Assembly (NCBI GenBank): GCA_038259365.1
Contig: JBBSOW010000001.1
Location: forward strand, 910-64,909
Source of the DNA: Propionibacteriales bacterium
GTDB taxonomy: Bacteria > Actinomycetota > Actinomycetes > Propionibacteriales > Propionibacteriaceae
Reading direction: 5' to 3'
DNA: 64,000 bases
In this document: positions 45,069 through 53,746 of the stretch, one piece after another
Layout: each line of letters starts with the position of its first letter
Numbering within the stretch: the stretch's first letter is position 1
Made by a program: the position numbers and the translations under genes
Notes under the pieces: model-generated
What the model was told of the DNA's origin: nothing
What the model saw: the letters and a program-made list of their open reading frames with translations, nothing else
The model's database searches: none

Positions 45069-46958
45069 ATGCAGTTTCACCACCACGGATACGTCTCGAG
45101 CGACCCGCGCATCAGTCCTGCCGCCGAAGCGGGGTTGAACCGGCCCGAAGAGCTGCCCGGCGAGGTCGACGTCCTCATCGTCGGCTCGGGCCCGGCCGGC
45201 ATGCTGCTGGCCGCCCAGCTTTCGCAGTTTCCCGACATCACGACCCGGGTCGTCGAGCGCCGGGAGGGACGGCTCCAGATCGGCCAGGCCGACGGCATCC
45301 AGGCCCGCAGCGTCGAGACCTTCCAGGCCTTCGGCTTCGCCGAACAGATCATCCAGGAGGCTTATCGGATCACCGAGATGAACTTCTGGGCCCCCGATCC
45401 TGACAATCCCGGAAACATCGTCCGCACCTCTCGGACCAAGGACGACGAGACCGGTGTCAGCGAGTTTCCCCACCTCATCGTCAACCAGGCCCGGGTGCTC
45501 GACTATTTCGCCGACGTGATGGCCAACTCGCCCTCACGCATGACCCCGGACTACGGGTACGAGTTCGTCGGCCTCGACGTTGCCGAAAAGGGCGATCACC
45601 CCGTCACGGTCCGGTTGCGACGTGAGGATGAAGAGGGGGAGCGTCTGGTCAGGGCGAGGTACGCGGTCGGCTGCGACGGGGCTCGTAGTGCGGTGCGCGA
45701 TTCGATCGGCCGCAAGCTCGTGGGGGACCGGGCCAACCACGCCTGGGCCGTCATGGACACCCTCGCGGTTACCGACTTTCCCGACATCCGCACGAAGTGC
45801 GCGATCCAATCCAAGCACGGCAGCATCCTGCACATCCCGCGCGAGGGCGGCTACCTGTTCCGCATGTACGTCGATCTGGGCGAGCAGTCACCAGAGGACG
45901 CCGGCGCGGTCCGCGAGACCACAAAGGAGCAGGCCATCGCCAAGGCGAACGCGATCCTGCACCCCTACACCCTCGACGTGAAGCACATCGCCTGGTACAG
46001 CGTCTACGAGGTCGGCCACCGGCTCACCGACAAGTTCGACGACGTCGACGAGGGCTCGGATCGCACGCCTCGGGTCTTCATCACCGGCGACGCCTGCCAC
46101 ACCCACAGCGCGAAGGCTGGCCAGGGCATGAACGTCTCGATGCAGGACGGCTTCAACCTCGGCTGGAAGCTGGCCCACGTGTTGAGCGGGCTGAGCCCGG
46201 AATCGCTGCTGAGCACCTATTCCGCCGAGCGGCAGGTGATCGCGAAGAACCTCATCGACTTCGATAAGGAATGGTCCTCGATGATGGCGCGGCCGAGCGA
46301 GGAGTGGGAAAACCCGGCCGAACTCAGCGAGTTCTACGTGCGCACCGCCGAATTCCCGGCCGGCTTCATGACCGAGTACGCGCCGTCGATGCTCGTCGGT
46401 GAGCCCGAACACCAGGACCTGGCGAGCGGCTACCCGATCGGTAAGCGGTTTCGCTCCGCCGTCGTCGATAGGGTCGCCGACGGCAACCCGGTGCATCTTG
46501 GCCATCACGCGAGGGCCGACGGCCGGTGGCGGGTCTACGCCTTCGCCGACGCTCCCAGCGGGCGGGATTCGAAGCTGACCGCCTGGGCGGATTGGGTGTC
46601 GACTTCACCGGAATCTCCGCTTAGCGCCTACACTTCGGCGGGCACCGATCCGGACAGCCTGTTCGACCTCAAAGTCGTCTACCCGACGAGCTTCGACGAG
46701 GTGGACATCATGGCGGTACCGAAGCTGTTCCTGCCGCGGGTGGGACCGTTCGAGCTCATCGACTACGAGAAGGTCTACGCGATCGATCCCGACGAGGACA
46801 TCTTTGCCCTGCGGGAAATTCAGCGCGACGCGGGCGCCGTCGTCGTCGTGCGGCCGGACCAGTACGTCGCCACCGTCTTGCCTCTCGACGACCCGGATGC
46901 TCTGGCCGAGTTCTTCGCCCCGATCATGGTTGCCGACGGAGCACCCACCCCAACCTGA
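45069..46958 (+). CDS. FAD-dependent aromatic monooxygenase, phenol-2-monooxygenase (PHOX)/3-hydroxybenzoate-4-hydroxylase-like, with C-terminal thioredoxin-like dimerisation domain
   Basis: Motifs DVLIVGSGPAGMLLAAQL (GxGxxG), YAVGCDGARSAVR and GDACHTHSAKAGQGMNVSMQDGFNLGWKL. 629 aa. Confidence 0.8.
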   Translation: MQFHHHGYVSSDPRISPAAEAGLNRPEELPGEVDVLIVGSGPAGMLLAAQLSQFPDITTRVVERREGRLQIGQADGIQARSVETFQAFGFAEQIIQEAYRITEMNFWAPDPDNPGNIVRTSRTKDDETGVSEFPHLIVNQARVLDYFADVMANSPSRMTPDYGYEFVGLDVAEKGDHPVTVRLRREDEEGERLVRARYAVGCDGARSAVRDSIGRKLVGDRANHAWAVMDTLAVTDFPDIRTKCAIQSKHGSILHIPREGGYLFRMYVDLGEQSPEDAGAVRETTKEQAIAKANAILHPYTLDVKHIAWYSVYEVGHRLTDKFDDVDEGSDRTPRVFITGDACHTHSAKAGQGMNVSMQDGFNLGWKLAHVLSGLSPESLLSTYSAERQVIAKNLIDFDKEWSSMMARPSEEWENPAELSEFYVRTAEFPAGFMTEYAPSMLVGEPEHQDLASGYPIGKRFRSAVVDRVADGNPVHLGHHARADGRWRVYAFADAPSGRDSKLTAWADWVSTSPESPLSAYTSAGTDPDSLFDLKVVYPTSFDEVDIMAVPKLFLPRVGPFELIDYEKVYAIDPDEDIFALREIQRDAGAVVVVRPDQYVATVLPLDDPDALAEFFAPIMVADGAPTPT

Positions 46959-46962
46959 GGAG

Positions 46963-47208
46963 TCAGCGAGCGAGATCTGACAAGAGAGAGCCCAGCGGCC
47001 TCAGGCGTCTGGGTCGGCAGTAACCGGGGGAGGCGCCGAGGTTGTAGACGTAGCGCGCGGAGACCCACTTTCTAGAGCCGATCTGGTACCACAGGGTATT
47101 GCCGTCGACGTTTTGGCTCGTGACCTTGCAGCCGATCTTGACGTCGTTGTGCCGGGCGACACTGGTGTGTGTCCCGGATGGGAACGACAGCTCAGGAGAC
47201 CCAAACGG
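46963..47208 (-). pseudogene. Start-less fragment resembling a bacterial SH3-like domain
   Basis: An 81-codon open frame with high GC3 (..HNDVKIGCKVTSQNVDGNTLWYQIGSRKWVSARYVYNLGASPGYC..). It is bounded upstream by an in-frame TGA next to a T8 run. It has no ATG/GTG/TTG start and no signal peptide. It is not in the ORF track. Confidence 0.3.
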
Positions 47209-47265
47209 TCAAAAAAAATACCCGCCGATCCCGGATGGATCCACCCTCGTGACGATGGCCTACTA

Positions 47266-48912
47266 CTAGGAGTTCACCTTGATGATCTCCTCTTGGTAGG
47301 GAGCGACGATGTCGACGGAGATGCGCAGGTCCAGCAGCAGGAATGGCCGCTCGTCGGCGGGCGCCGCTGCCCACGTTCTCAGCCGATCCAGGTCGGCGAG
47401 GGTACGCACGACGACGCCCTCGGCCCCGACGGCCTCGGCGAACTTGGCGAAGTTCACTTCGGGGATCAACATCGGGTCTTTGGCCAGGCCCTGGAGCCCG
47501 TACAGGTTCACCTCGGCACCGTAGGCCCGGTCGTTCCAGACGACGGCCAGCCCTCGCCCTCCCGCCGCGCGAACCGCGGAATCCAGGTCGGCCAACGCCA
47601 TCAGGCCTCCGCCGTCCCCGCTGCTCAGCACGACCGTGGACTCCGGCTTGCCGAGCGCTGCCCCGGGCACGCTGGCGAAGCCGAGCCCGATGGACTGGTA
47701 CGCGGTACCCACCATGATCATCCGGTCGGGCGAGGCAACGGGCCAGTACATGTTGGCCCAACCGATGAAGTGTCCGCCGTCGTGGACGACGACGCGATCG
47801 GTCGGCAACAGCTCGCCGATGCGGATGGCGGCCGAACGCGGATCCAACCGGCCGTCAGGCGCGAGCTCGTCGCCGGTCGCCCGGCTCAGCAGGGGAGCGA
47901 AGTCGACCGCTTCACGCCAGCCGCTCGGGGTGGCCCTCAGGGCAGCGAGTTCGCTCATTAGGGCCGAGGCCACGATCTTGGCGTCACCGCGAATGAAGGC
48001 GCCGACGTGCGGGTGGGTCGCGGAGGGGGTCACGTCGACCTGCACGACGCGGGTGCCGGGGGCGAACAGCTCGCCGAACCGCATGGTGAACTGGTTGAGC
48101 CCGGCCCCGAACACCACGGCGACGTCAGCCTGGCGGACCAGCTCCATGGCGCCCTCGGCGCCGAATCCGCCGCAAACGCCCAGGTCGTACTCGGGGAAGA
48201 GGCCGCGGCCGAGCGCGGTAGAGCACGTGATGGCCCCGGTGGCCTCGGCCAGCTCACCGAGCGCCAGCGATGCGTCGGCCAGCCAGGCACCGCGGCCCGC
48301 CAGCAGCAGGGGGCGCTCGGCGCCGGCCAGCTGGGCGGCCACCTCGGCGATCGTCGCGGCCGCGAAGGGACCCGCGGGGGAGATGGGGGCAGGCAGGCGA
48401 GGCTGCGGGGCGCTCGGCACCGGACCCGCCTCAAGCTTGGCGACGTCGTAGGGGATCGCGAGAACCGCGGGCACCCGGTAGGCCAGTGCATGCTCGATGG
48501 CGATCACGGTCGTCGCGGCCGCGTCGGCGTGACCGACCGTGTAGGTGCGGGCCCCAACCGCCGATGCGAGCGCGATCTGATCGACGTCCCACGGGCGCGG
48601 TCCCGACGTGGGCTCGTCGCCCACCACCAGCACCAGGGGCACGTGCGCCTGCACGGCCTCGGCCAGCGCGGTCAGCGTGTTGGTGAACCCGGCACCGTAG
48701 GTGGCGGTCGCGGCGGCGATCCGGCCCGAGGCCCGGTAGTGCGCGTCCGCGGCGACGACGGTGCCCGCCTCGTGGCGCATGGGCGTGTAGGTGGCCGCGC
48801 CTTGACGCTCCAGTGCGTCGAGGAAGTAGGCGTTGCCGTTGCCCATCACCCCGAACACGTGATCGACGTGCTGGGCGAGGGTGGCGGCGACGTGGGCGGA
48901 GACAGTGGGCAT
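47266..48912 (-). CDS. Thiamine-diphosphate-dependent enzyme (acetolactate synthase / benzoylformate decarboxylase-like)
   Basis: ATG 48912 (MPTVSAHVAATLAQHVDHVFGVMGNGNAYFLDAL). N-terminal PYR domain and a C-terminal ThDP motif GDGGGLMALADLDSAV..VVWNDRAYG. Confidence 0.8.
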   Translation of the reverse strand: MPTVSAHVAATLAQHVDHVFGVMGNGNAYFLDALERQGAATYTPMRHEAGTVVAADAHYRASGRIAAATATYGAGFTNTLTALAEAVQAHVPLVLVVGDEPTSGPRPWDVDQIALASAVGARTYTVGHADAAATTVIAIEHALAYRVPAVLAIPYDVAKLEAGPVPSAPQPRLPAPISPAGPFAAATIAEVAAQLAGAERPLLLAGRGAWLADASLALGELAEATGAITCSTALGRGLFPEYDLGVCGGFGAEGAMELVRQADVAVVFGAGLNQFTMRFGELFAPGTRVVQVDVTPSATHPHVGAFIRGDAKIVASALMSELAALRATPSGWREAVDFAPLLSRATGDELAPDGRLDPRSAAIRIGELLPTDRVVVHDGGHFIGWANMYWPVASPDRMIMVGTAYQSIGLGFASVPGAALGKPESTVVLSSGDGGGLMALADLDSAVRAAGGRGLAVVWNDRAYGAEVNLYGLQGLAKDPMLIPEVNFAKFAEAVGAEGVVVRTLADLDRLRTWAAAPADERPFLLLDLRISVDIVAPYQEEIIKVNS

Positions 48913-49090
48913 AAGGAGCCTTTCGGGTGGAGATGGCAGACCAGTGGCCATCGGCGAGAGCAGCTATATGTGTCCCACGCGCAGGCCTTGTGCCGCAGCG
49001 GTCGCGTGCCCCTTTTTAGAGCACCGGCGGGTGGATCTCCTCGCCGGACTAGGCCGATCATACGTCATCCGCGCACCGTAAGGTGTGGCC

Positions 49091-49981
49091 ATGAGGATAG
49101 TCTCGCTGCTCCCGTCCACGACCGAGATCCTGCACGCCCTCGGCGTGGGCGATCGGGTGGTGGGCGTCACCTTCGAGTGCGACTACCCACCGGCGGCCCG
49201 GGAGGCGCGGATCGTTTCCACCTCGGCGATGCCCGAGGGACTGACGCCCGCCGAGATCGACGCCTGGGTCAGCCGGGCGCGTTCGGCCGGGGAAGACCTC
49301 TACCACCTCGACTCCGGCGCGCTCGCCGAACTCGACCCGGATCTCATCGTCACCCAAGACCTCTGCGCCGTCTGCGCCGTCGACGTGTCGGTGGTCTCCG
49401 AGGCGCTGAACTACCTCGGGGCCCGTGCCGAGGTGGTGACCACCGATCCCAAAACGTTGGATCAGGTATGGGAATCCGTCCTCGCCCTCGGTGCCGCGAC
49501 CGGGCGCGACGAGGCGGCCCGCGATCTGGTCAGAACGCTGCGCAACCGGCTGGTCGCGGTCCGCGATCGCGTGGCCGGCCTGCCACGGCCCAGGGTGATG
49601 CTGCTCGAGTGGGTAGATCCGCCGTTCGCTCCCGGCCACTGGATTCCGGAGATGATCGAGGCGGCGGGAGGCACCCCCGTGCTGGCCACCCCCGGAGAGG
49701 ACTCGCGGCGCACCACCTGGGACGCGGTCCTCGGCGCCGAGCCCGAGGTCGTCGTCGTCGCTCCGTGCGGCTTCGATCTCCGAGGCGCCAACGCCCAGGC
49801 CGAGCAGCTGCGCGCCTCGGCTCGGATCCCGGCCGGGGTGAGCGTCCACGCCGTGGACGCCAACGCCTCGTGGGCCAGGCCGGGGCCACGGCTCGTCGAC
49901 GGCGTCGAGGAGCTGGCCGACCTCCTGCACCCGAACGCACGGGGCCGCTCCGGCGTCGACGCGAGATCATATACGATCTAA
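49091..49981 (+). CDS. Periplasmic-binding-protein-fold (BtuF/siderophore-binding type) protein without signal peptide
   Basis: ATG 49091 follows AAGGTG. MRIVSLLPSTTEILHALGVGDRVVGVT and DPDLIVTQDLCAVC match the cluster-A type SBP family. There is no N-terminal hydrophobic or lipobox segment, and no permease or ATPase next to it. Confidence 0.65.
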   Translation: MRIVSLLPSTTEILHALGVGDRVVGVTFECDYPPAAREARIVSTSAMPEGLTPAEIDAWVSRARSAGEDLYHLDSGALAELDPDLIVTQDLCAVCAVDVSVVSEALNYLGARAEVVTTDPKTLDQVWESVLALGAATGRDEAARDLVRTLRNRLVAVRDRVAGLPRPRVMLLEWVDPPFAPGHWIPEMIEAAGGTPVLATPGEDSRRTTWDAVLGAEPEVVVVAPCGFDLRGANAQAEQLRASARIPAGVSVHAVDANASWARPGPRLVDGVEELADLLHPNARGRSGVDARSYTI

Positions 49982-50051
49982 GGAGTTCAACGACGCACCG
50001 GCCAGCGAAGTCTCCCAACCTCAGCGGTCGGCCAAATCACAAGGAGTCATC

Positions 50052-51533
50052 GTGGGCCAAAACGACGAGAGCGCACTGCTGGAACGCGTACCTACTGACC
50101 TATTCATCGGAGGTGTTTGGCTCCCGGCGGCGAACGGAACCACGCTAGCCGTTCGGGATCCCGCTACCGGCGAAATCGTCAAGGAGATCGCCGACGCCGG
50201 CGTCGGCGATGGCAAGGCGGCCCTGGACGCGGCGTGCGCCGCCTTCGCCGGCTGGGCGCGCACCAGCCTGCGGGAGCGCTCGGAACTGTTGCGCCGGGCG
50301 TTCGATCTGCTCCAGGAGCGGGCCGAGGAGTTCGCGCTACTGATGAGCGTGGAGATGGGTAAGCCGCTGGCCGAGGCTCGAGGCGAGGTCACCTACGGCG
50401 GAGAGTTCCTGCGCTGGTTCGCAGAGGAGGCCCCGCGCATCCAGGGCCGCTACGGCGCCAACCCCGAGGACACCGGCCGGACGATCGTCTCCCAGCATCC
50501 GGTGGGCCCGTGCTACCTCATCACCCCCTGGAACTTTCCGCTCGCCATGGCCACGCGCAAGATCGCGCCGGCGCTCGCCGCGGGCTGCACGGTGGTGATC
50601 AAGCCGGCCGAGCTCACCCCGTTGACCACCCTGTACTTCGCCAAGCTGCTGGCCGACGCCGGCCTGCCGGACGGCGTGGTCAACGTCGTGACCACCGGCT
50701 CCTCGGCCGAGGTCTCCGAGCCCATCATCGCCGACCCACGGTTGCGCAAGCTCTCCTTCACCGGCTCGACGGCGGTCGGCAAGAAGCTGATCGCGCAGTC
50801 GGCCGAGGGCGTGCTGCGGACCTCGATGGAGCTGGGCGGCAACGCCCCGTTCGTCGTCTTCGACGACGCCGATCTCGACGCCGCCGTCGAGGGCGCCATG
50901 GCGGCGAAGTTCCGCAACATCGGCGAGGCCTGCACCGCGGCCAACCGGTTCCTCGTGCACGCCAGCGTCGCCGAGGAGTTCACCGCCAAGGTGACCGAGC
51001 GAGTCGAGGCCCTGAAGATCGGCCGGGGCACCGAGGACGGGGTGACCATCGGTCCCCTCATCGACGACCGGGCCGTGGCCAAGGCGACCAAGCTCGTCGA
51101 GAATGCGGTCGGCCGTGGTGCCACCTTGGATATCGGCGGGAAACCCCTGGACGGTCCAGGCACCTTCTTCGCCCCCACCGTCGTCTCCAACGTCCAGCCG
51201 GGCAGCGACATCCTGCGCGAGGAGATCTTCGGTCCGGTGCTCGCCATCGCGACCTTCGACGACGAGGACGAGGCGGTGCGGCTGGCCAACGACACCGAGT
51301 TCGGGCTGGTCTCCTACGTCTACACCCAATCCCTGGCTCGGGGGCAGCGGATGATCGAGGGGCTGGAGACCGGCATGATGGGGCTCAACACCGGCGTCGT
51401 CTCCAACGCCGCCGCCCCCTTCGGCGGGTGGAAGCAGTCCGGGCTCGGCCGCGAGGGCGGGGCCGAGGGCATCCACGAGTACCTGCAAACCAAGTACACG
51501 CTGACCCCCGATCCCTTCAAAGCCAGCCTGTGA
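50052..51533 (+). CDS. gabD: NAD(P)-dependent succinate-semialdehyde dehydrogenase
   Basis: GTG 50052 follows AAGGAG. ALDH motifs MELGGNAP and NIGEACTAANR. Overall it resembles GabD, and it fits the succinic semialdehyde end product of the hpa pathway. Confidence 0.8.
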   Translation: MGQNDESALLERVPTDLFIGGVWLPAANGTTLAVRDPATGEIVKEIADAGVGDGKAALDAACAAFAGWARTSLRERSELLRRAFDLLQERAEEFALLMSVEMGKPLAEARGEVTYGGEFLRWFAEEAPRIQGRYGANPEDTGRTIVSQHPVGPCYLITPWNFPLAMATRKIAPALAAGCTVVIKPAELTPLTTLYFAKLLADAGLPDGVVNVVTTGSSAEVSEPIIADPRLRKLSFTGSTAVGKKLIAQSAEGVLRTSMELGGNAPFVVFDDADLDAAVEGAMAAKFRNIGEACTAANRFLVHASVAEEFTAKVTERVEALKIGRGTEDGVTIGPLIDDRAVAKATKLVENAVGRGATLDIGGKPLDGPGTFFAPTVVSNVQPGSDILREEIFGPVLAIATFDDEDEAVRLANDTEFGLVSYVYTQSLARGQRMIEGLETGMMGLNTGVVSNAAAPFGGWKQSGLGREGGAEGIHEYLQTKYTLTPDPFKASL

Positions 51534-52333
51534 GCGAGGATCAGGCGCAACGCGCGGTCCGCAGGGTCGAGGACCATCCGGCGACCGAGGCCCTGGCTCG
51601 GCTCGGCTTCGTCTCCTACGGCCTGGTGCACATCCTCGTCGCCGGGCTCGCGCTGTTGGTGGCCTGGTCGAAGTCGGACGAGGACGCCAGCAGCTCCGGC
51701 GCGCTCAAGGTCGTGGCCGGATCACCCGGGGGTTTCATCGCGCTGATCGTCGCCGCCGTCGGGTTGGCCGCCCTCGTGCTGTGGCAGGCGATGAGCGCGA
51801 TCTTGGAGGCGATGTACGGCGACCTCACCGATCACTGGAAGCGCTTCTTCGTCCACCTGGGCCGCGCCATCGTCTACGGGGCGCTGACCGCCCTGACCGT
51901 CCGGACCCTATTGAACCGCAACAAGGACTCCTCGAAGCAGACGGCGAGCTTCACCGCCAAGGTGATGGAGCTGCCGCTGGGCCAGATCCTCGTCGGGGCG
52001 GCCGGTCTGGCCGTGCTGATCTTCGCCGGCTACAACATCTACAAGGGCATCTCGAAGACGTTCCTGAAAGAGCTGGGGGAGCACCCCGGCACGGTCGCCA
52101 CCCGGCTCGGCCAGATCGGCTTCGTCACCAAGGGACTCGGCTTCCTCGTGGTTGGCGGGTTGATCATCGTCTCGGCCGTCCAGTTCGATCCCGAGAAGTC
52201 CCGCGGCCTGGACGGGGCCCTGCGGGCGCTCGTCGAACAGCCCTTTGGGCCCTACCTGTTGACGCTCGTGGCGCTGGGTCTGATCTGCTACGGCCTCTAC
52301 TGTTTCGCACGGGCTCGGCACGCCGACCTGTAG
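51530..52333 (+). CDS. DUF1206-domain membrane protein
   Basis: GTG 51530 overlaps the gabD stop (GTGA). It has a repeated pair-of-TM-helix pattern (RLGFVSYGLVHILVAGLAL.., LGRAIVYGALTAL.., IGFVTKGLGFLVVGGL..). Confidence 0.65.
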   Translation: MSEDQAQRAVRRVEDHPATEALARLGFVSYGLVHILVAGLALLVAWSKSDEDASSSGALKVVAGSPGGFIALIVAAVGLAALVLWQAMSAILEAMYGDLTDHWKRFFVHLGRAIVYGALTALTVRTLLNRNKDSSKQTASFTAKVMELPLGQILVGAAGLAVLIFAGYNIYKGISKTFLKELGEHPGTVATRLGQIGFVTKGLGFLVVGGLIIVSAVQFDPEKSRGLDGALRALVEQPFGPYLLTLVALGLICYGLYCFARARHADL

Positions 52334-52368
52334 CTTCGTGCCCTCCCTACAACTCGAAAGTGACGCCG

Positions 52369-52674
52369 ATGCGCGAATACCCCCAGTTGCTGCACACGGT
52401 CGTGGACGCCTTGAACATCCGCGAACTCGCCGAGTTCTACCACCAGCTGCTCGGGCTGGCCTACGCTCCCGGGTCCGAACCGCCGGCCGCTGGCAAGCGC
52501 GCGAGCGAAGACTGGCTGGTGCTGACCGACGCGGACGGAAAGCGGCTGCTGGCCTTCCAGCAGGTGGCGCAGCTCACGCCCACCACGTGGCCGCAAGACG
52601 ATGTCCCGATGGCCAACCGCAATTATGACCAGTCATTCTGCGGACGACGGCGAGTCGCGGTGTCGGACCGGTGA
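52369..52674 (+). pseudogene. VOC/glyoxalase-family gene truncated by repeat copy B
   Basis: MREYPQLLHTVVDALNIRELAEFYHQLLGL.. is a typical VOC N-terminal half. After ..TWPQDDVPM the frame enters the repeat (ANRNYDQSFCGRRRVAVSDR*) and the second beta-alpha-beta-beta-beta half is missing. Confidence 0.5.
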
Positions 52675-52707
52675 GCCGAGAAACGAGGGGTCAGAATTGC
52701 GGTTGCG
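52613..52707. repeat. ~95-bp TIR (MITE-like) element, copy B (flipped relative to copy A)
   Basis: Left end CCAACCGCAATTATGACCAGTCATTCT. Right end GGGGTCAGAATTGCGGTTG. The left end equals the reverse complement of the copy A right end (17/17 core). The right end equals the reverse complement of the copy A left end (17/17 core). Confidence 0.7.
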
Positions 52708-53617
52708 TTGCGCGAGGGGGTAGGGCCCTTGCCAGCCAATCGGCCACGCGCGCGATGTAGCCGGCGCGATCGTCGAAGTAGCCGCCGCAGTGGTCCGCCC
52801 CCGGGAACCGCACCAGCCCAACACCGGCCGCCTCGGCGAGGCGTTCGCCGTGCTCGTAGGGGATGATCCGGTCGGCGTCACCGTGCATCAGCAGGATGGG
52901 CCGCGGGGCAATGGAGGCGATGACGTCGATGGGTTGGACGTCGGCGAAGCGGTAGCCGTAGCGGGCCTTGGTCGCCAGGTCGGTGAGCCGCAGCAGCAGG
53001 AACGGCGGCACCCGGAAGCGGCGGATCGCGGTGGCGATGACCCCCTGCATATCGGCGAACGGCGAGTCGAGGACCACGGCCTCGATGCGTTCGTCGACGG
53101 CGGCCTCGAGGATCGTCACGGCGGCGCCCATGGAGAACCCCAGAACGGCCAACCGGGCGTTCGGGCGTCGGCCCTTGACGAGATCGACGGCCGCCCGCAG
53201 GTCCTGGCGCTCGTAGTGGGCCAGCGACTGAGCGCCGTCGGCGGAGTCGCCGTTGCCGCGGAAGTCGAACATGAACACGGTGTTGCCGGCCCGCCACAGC
53301 CCGGGCCCGATGCCGAGCATGTCGGACTTGTTGCCGCGGTGGCCGTGGCAGGCGATGACGACCCGATCGCTGCCGGGTCGATCGAGCCACCAGCCCGCTA
53401 GCGGCGTGCCGTCGCCCGCGGCAAAGGTCACGTCCTCACCGGGGGCACCAACCTCGAAGGGAGTGAAGCGGTAGTCCGGCCACGGGCGGTTCGGCCCGCT
53501 GATGAGCCTGGCGGCCACGGCCGCCCCTCCTGCGAGACCGGCGGCGCCAGCGAAGGACACGGCGGCGATCTGACCGAGGAGTCGTCGTGAAGTCACGGGG
53601 GACAGACTATGCGCCAT
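52691..53617 (-). CDS. Membrane-anchored alpha/beta hydrolase
   Basis: ATG 53617, with an N-terminal TM helix. Motifs: HGHRGN, GFSMGAAV nucleophile elbow, LLMHGDADRIIP. The C-terminal QPQF* is encoded by repeat copy B. Confidence 0.75.
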   Translation of the reverse strand: MAHSLSPVTSRRLLGQIAAVSFAGAAGLAGGAAVAARLISGPNRPWPDYRFTPFEVGAPGEDVTFAAGDGTPLAGWWLDRPGSDRVVIACHGHRGNKSDMLGIGPGLWRAGNTVFMFDFRGNGDSADGAQSLAHYERQDLRAAVDLVKGRRPNARLAVLGFSMGAAVTILEAAVDERIEAVVLDSPFADMQGVIATAIRRFRVPPFLLLRLTDLATKARYGYRFADVQPIDVIASIAPRPILLMHGDADRIIPYEHGERLAEAAGVGLVRFPGADHCGGYFDDRAGYIARVADWLARALPPRATQPQF

Positions 53618-53746
53618 CTCGGAGCCGATAGATCCCGCCGAACGCCCAAAGCTCGGCAATGGGTGCGACCCTGGCCCGACAGCGACCACGCCGATCTAGC
53701 GACCCTGGGTCCACGACCACCGCTCGGTTAGGGGCCATGATTAGGC

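Noticed and set aside
48952-49090. Possible cobalamin riboswitch upstream of the BtuF-like binding protein
   Set aside because: The gap is only about 140 nt. I could not find a B12-box-like sequence or the extended multi-stem structure.
52691-52706. Shared C-terminal QPQF in the DUF559 protein and the alpha/beta hydrolase, as a possible conserved protein motif
   Set aside because: It is explained by the identical 17-nt repeat end (CAACCGCAATTCTGACC) at the DNA level. The proteins are otherwise unrelated.
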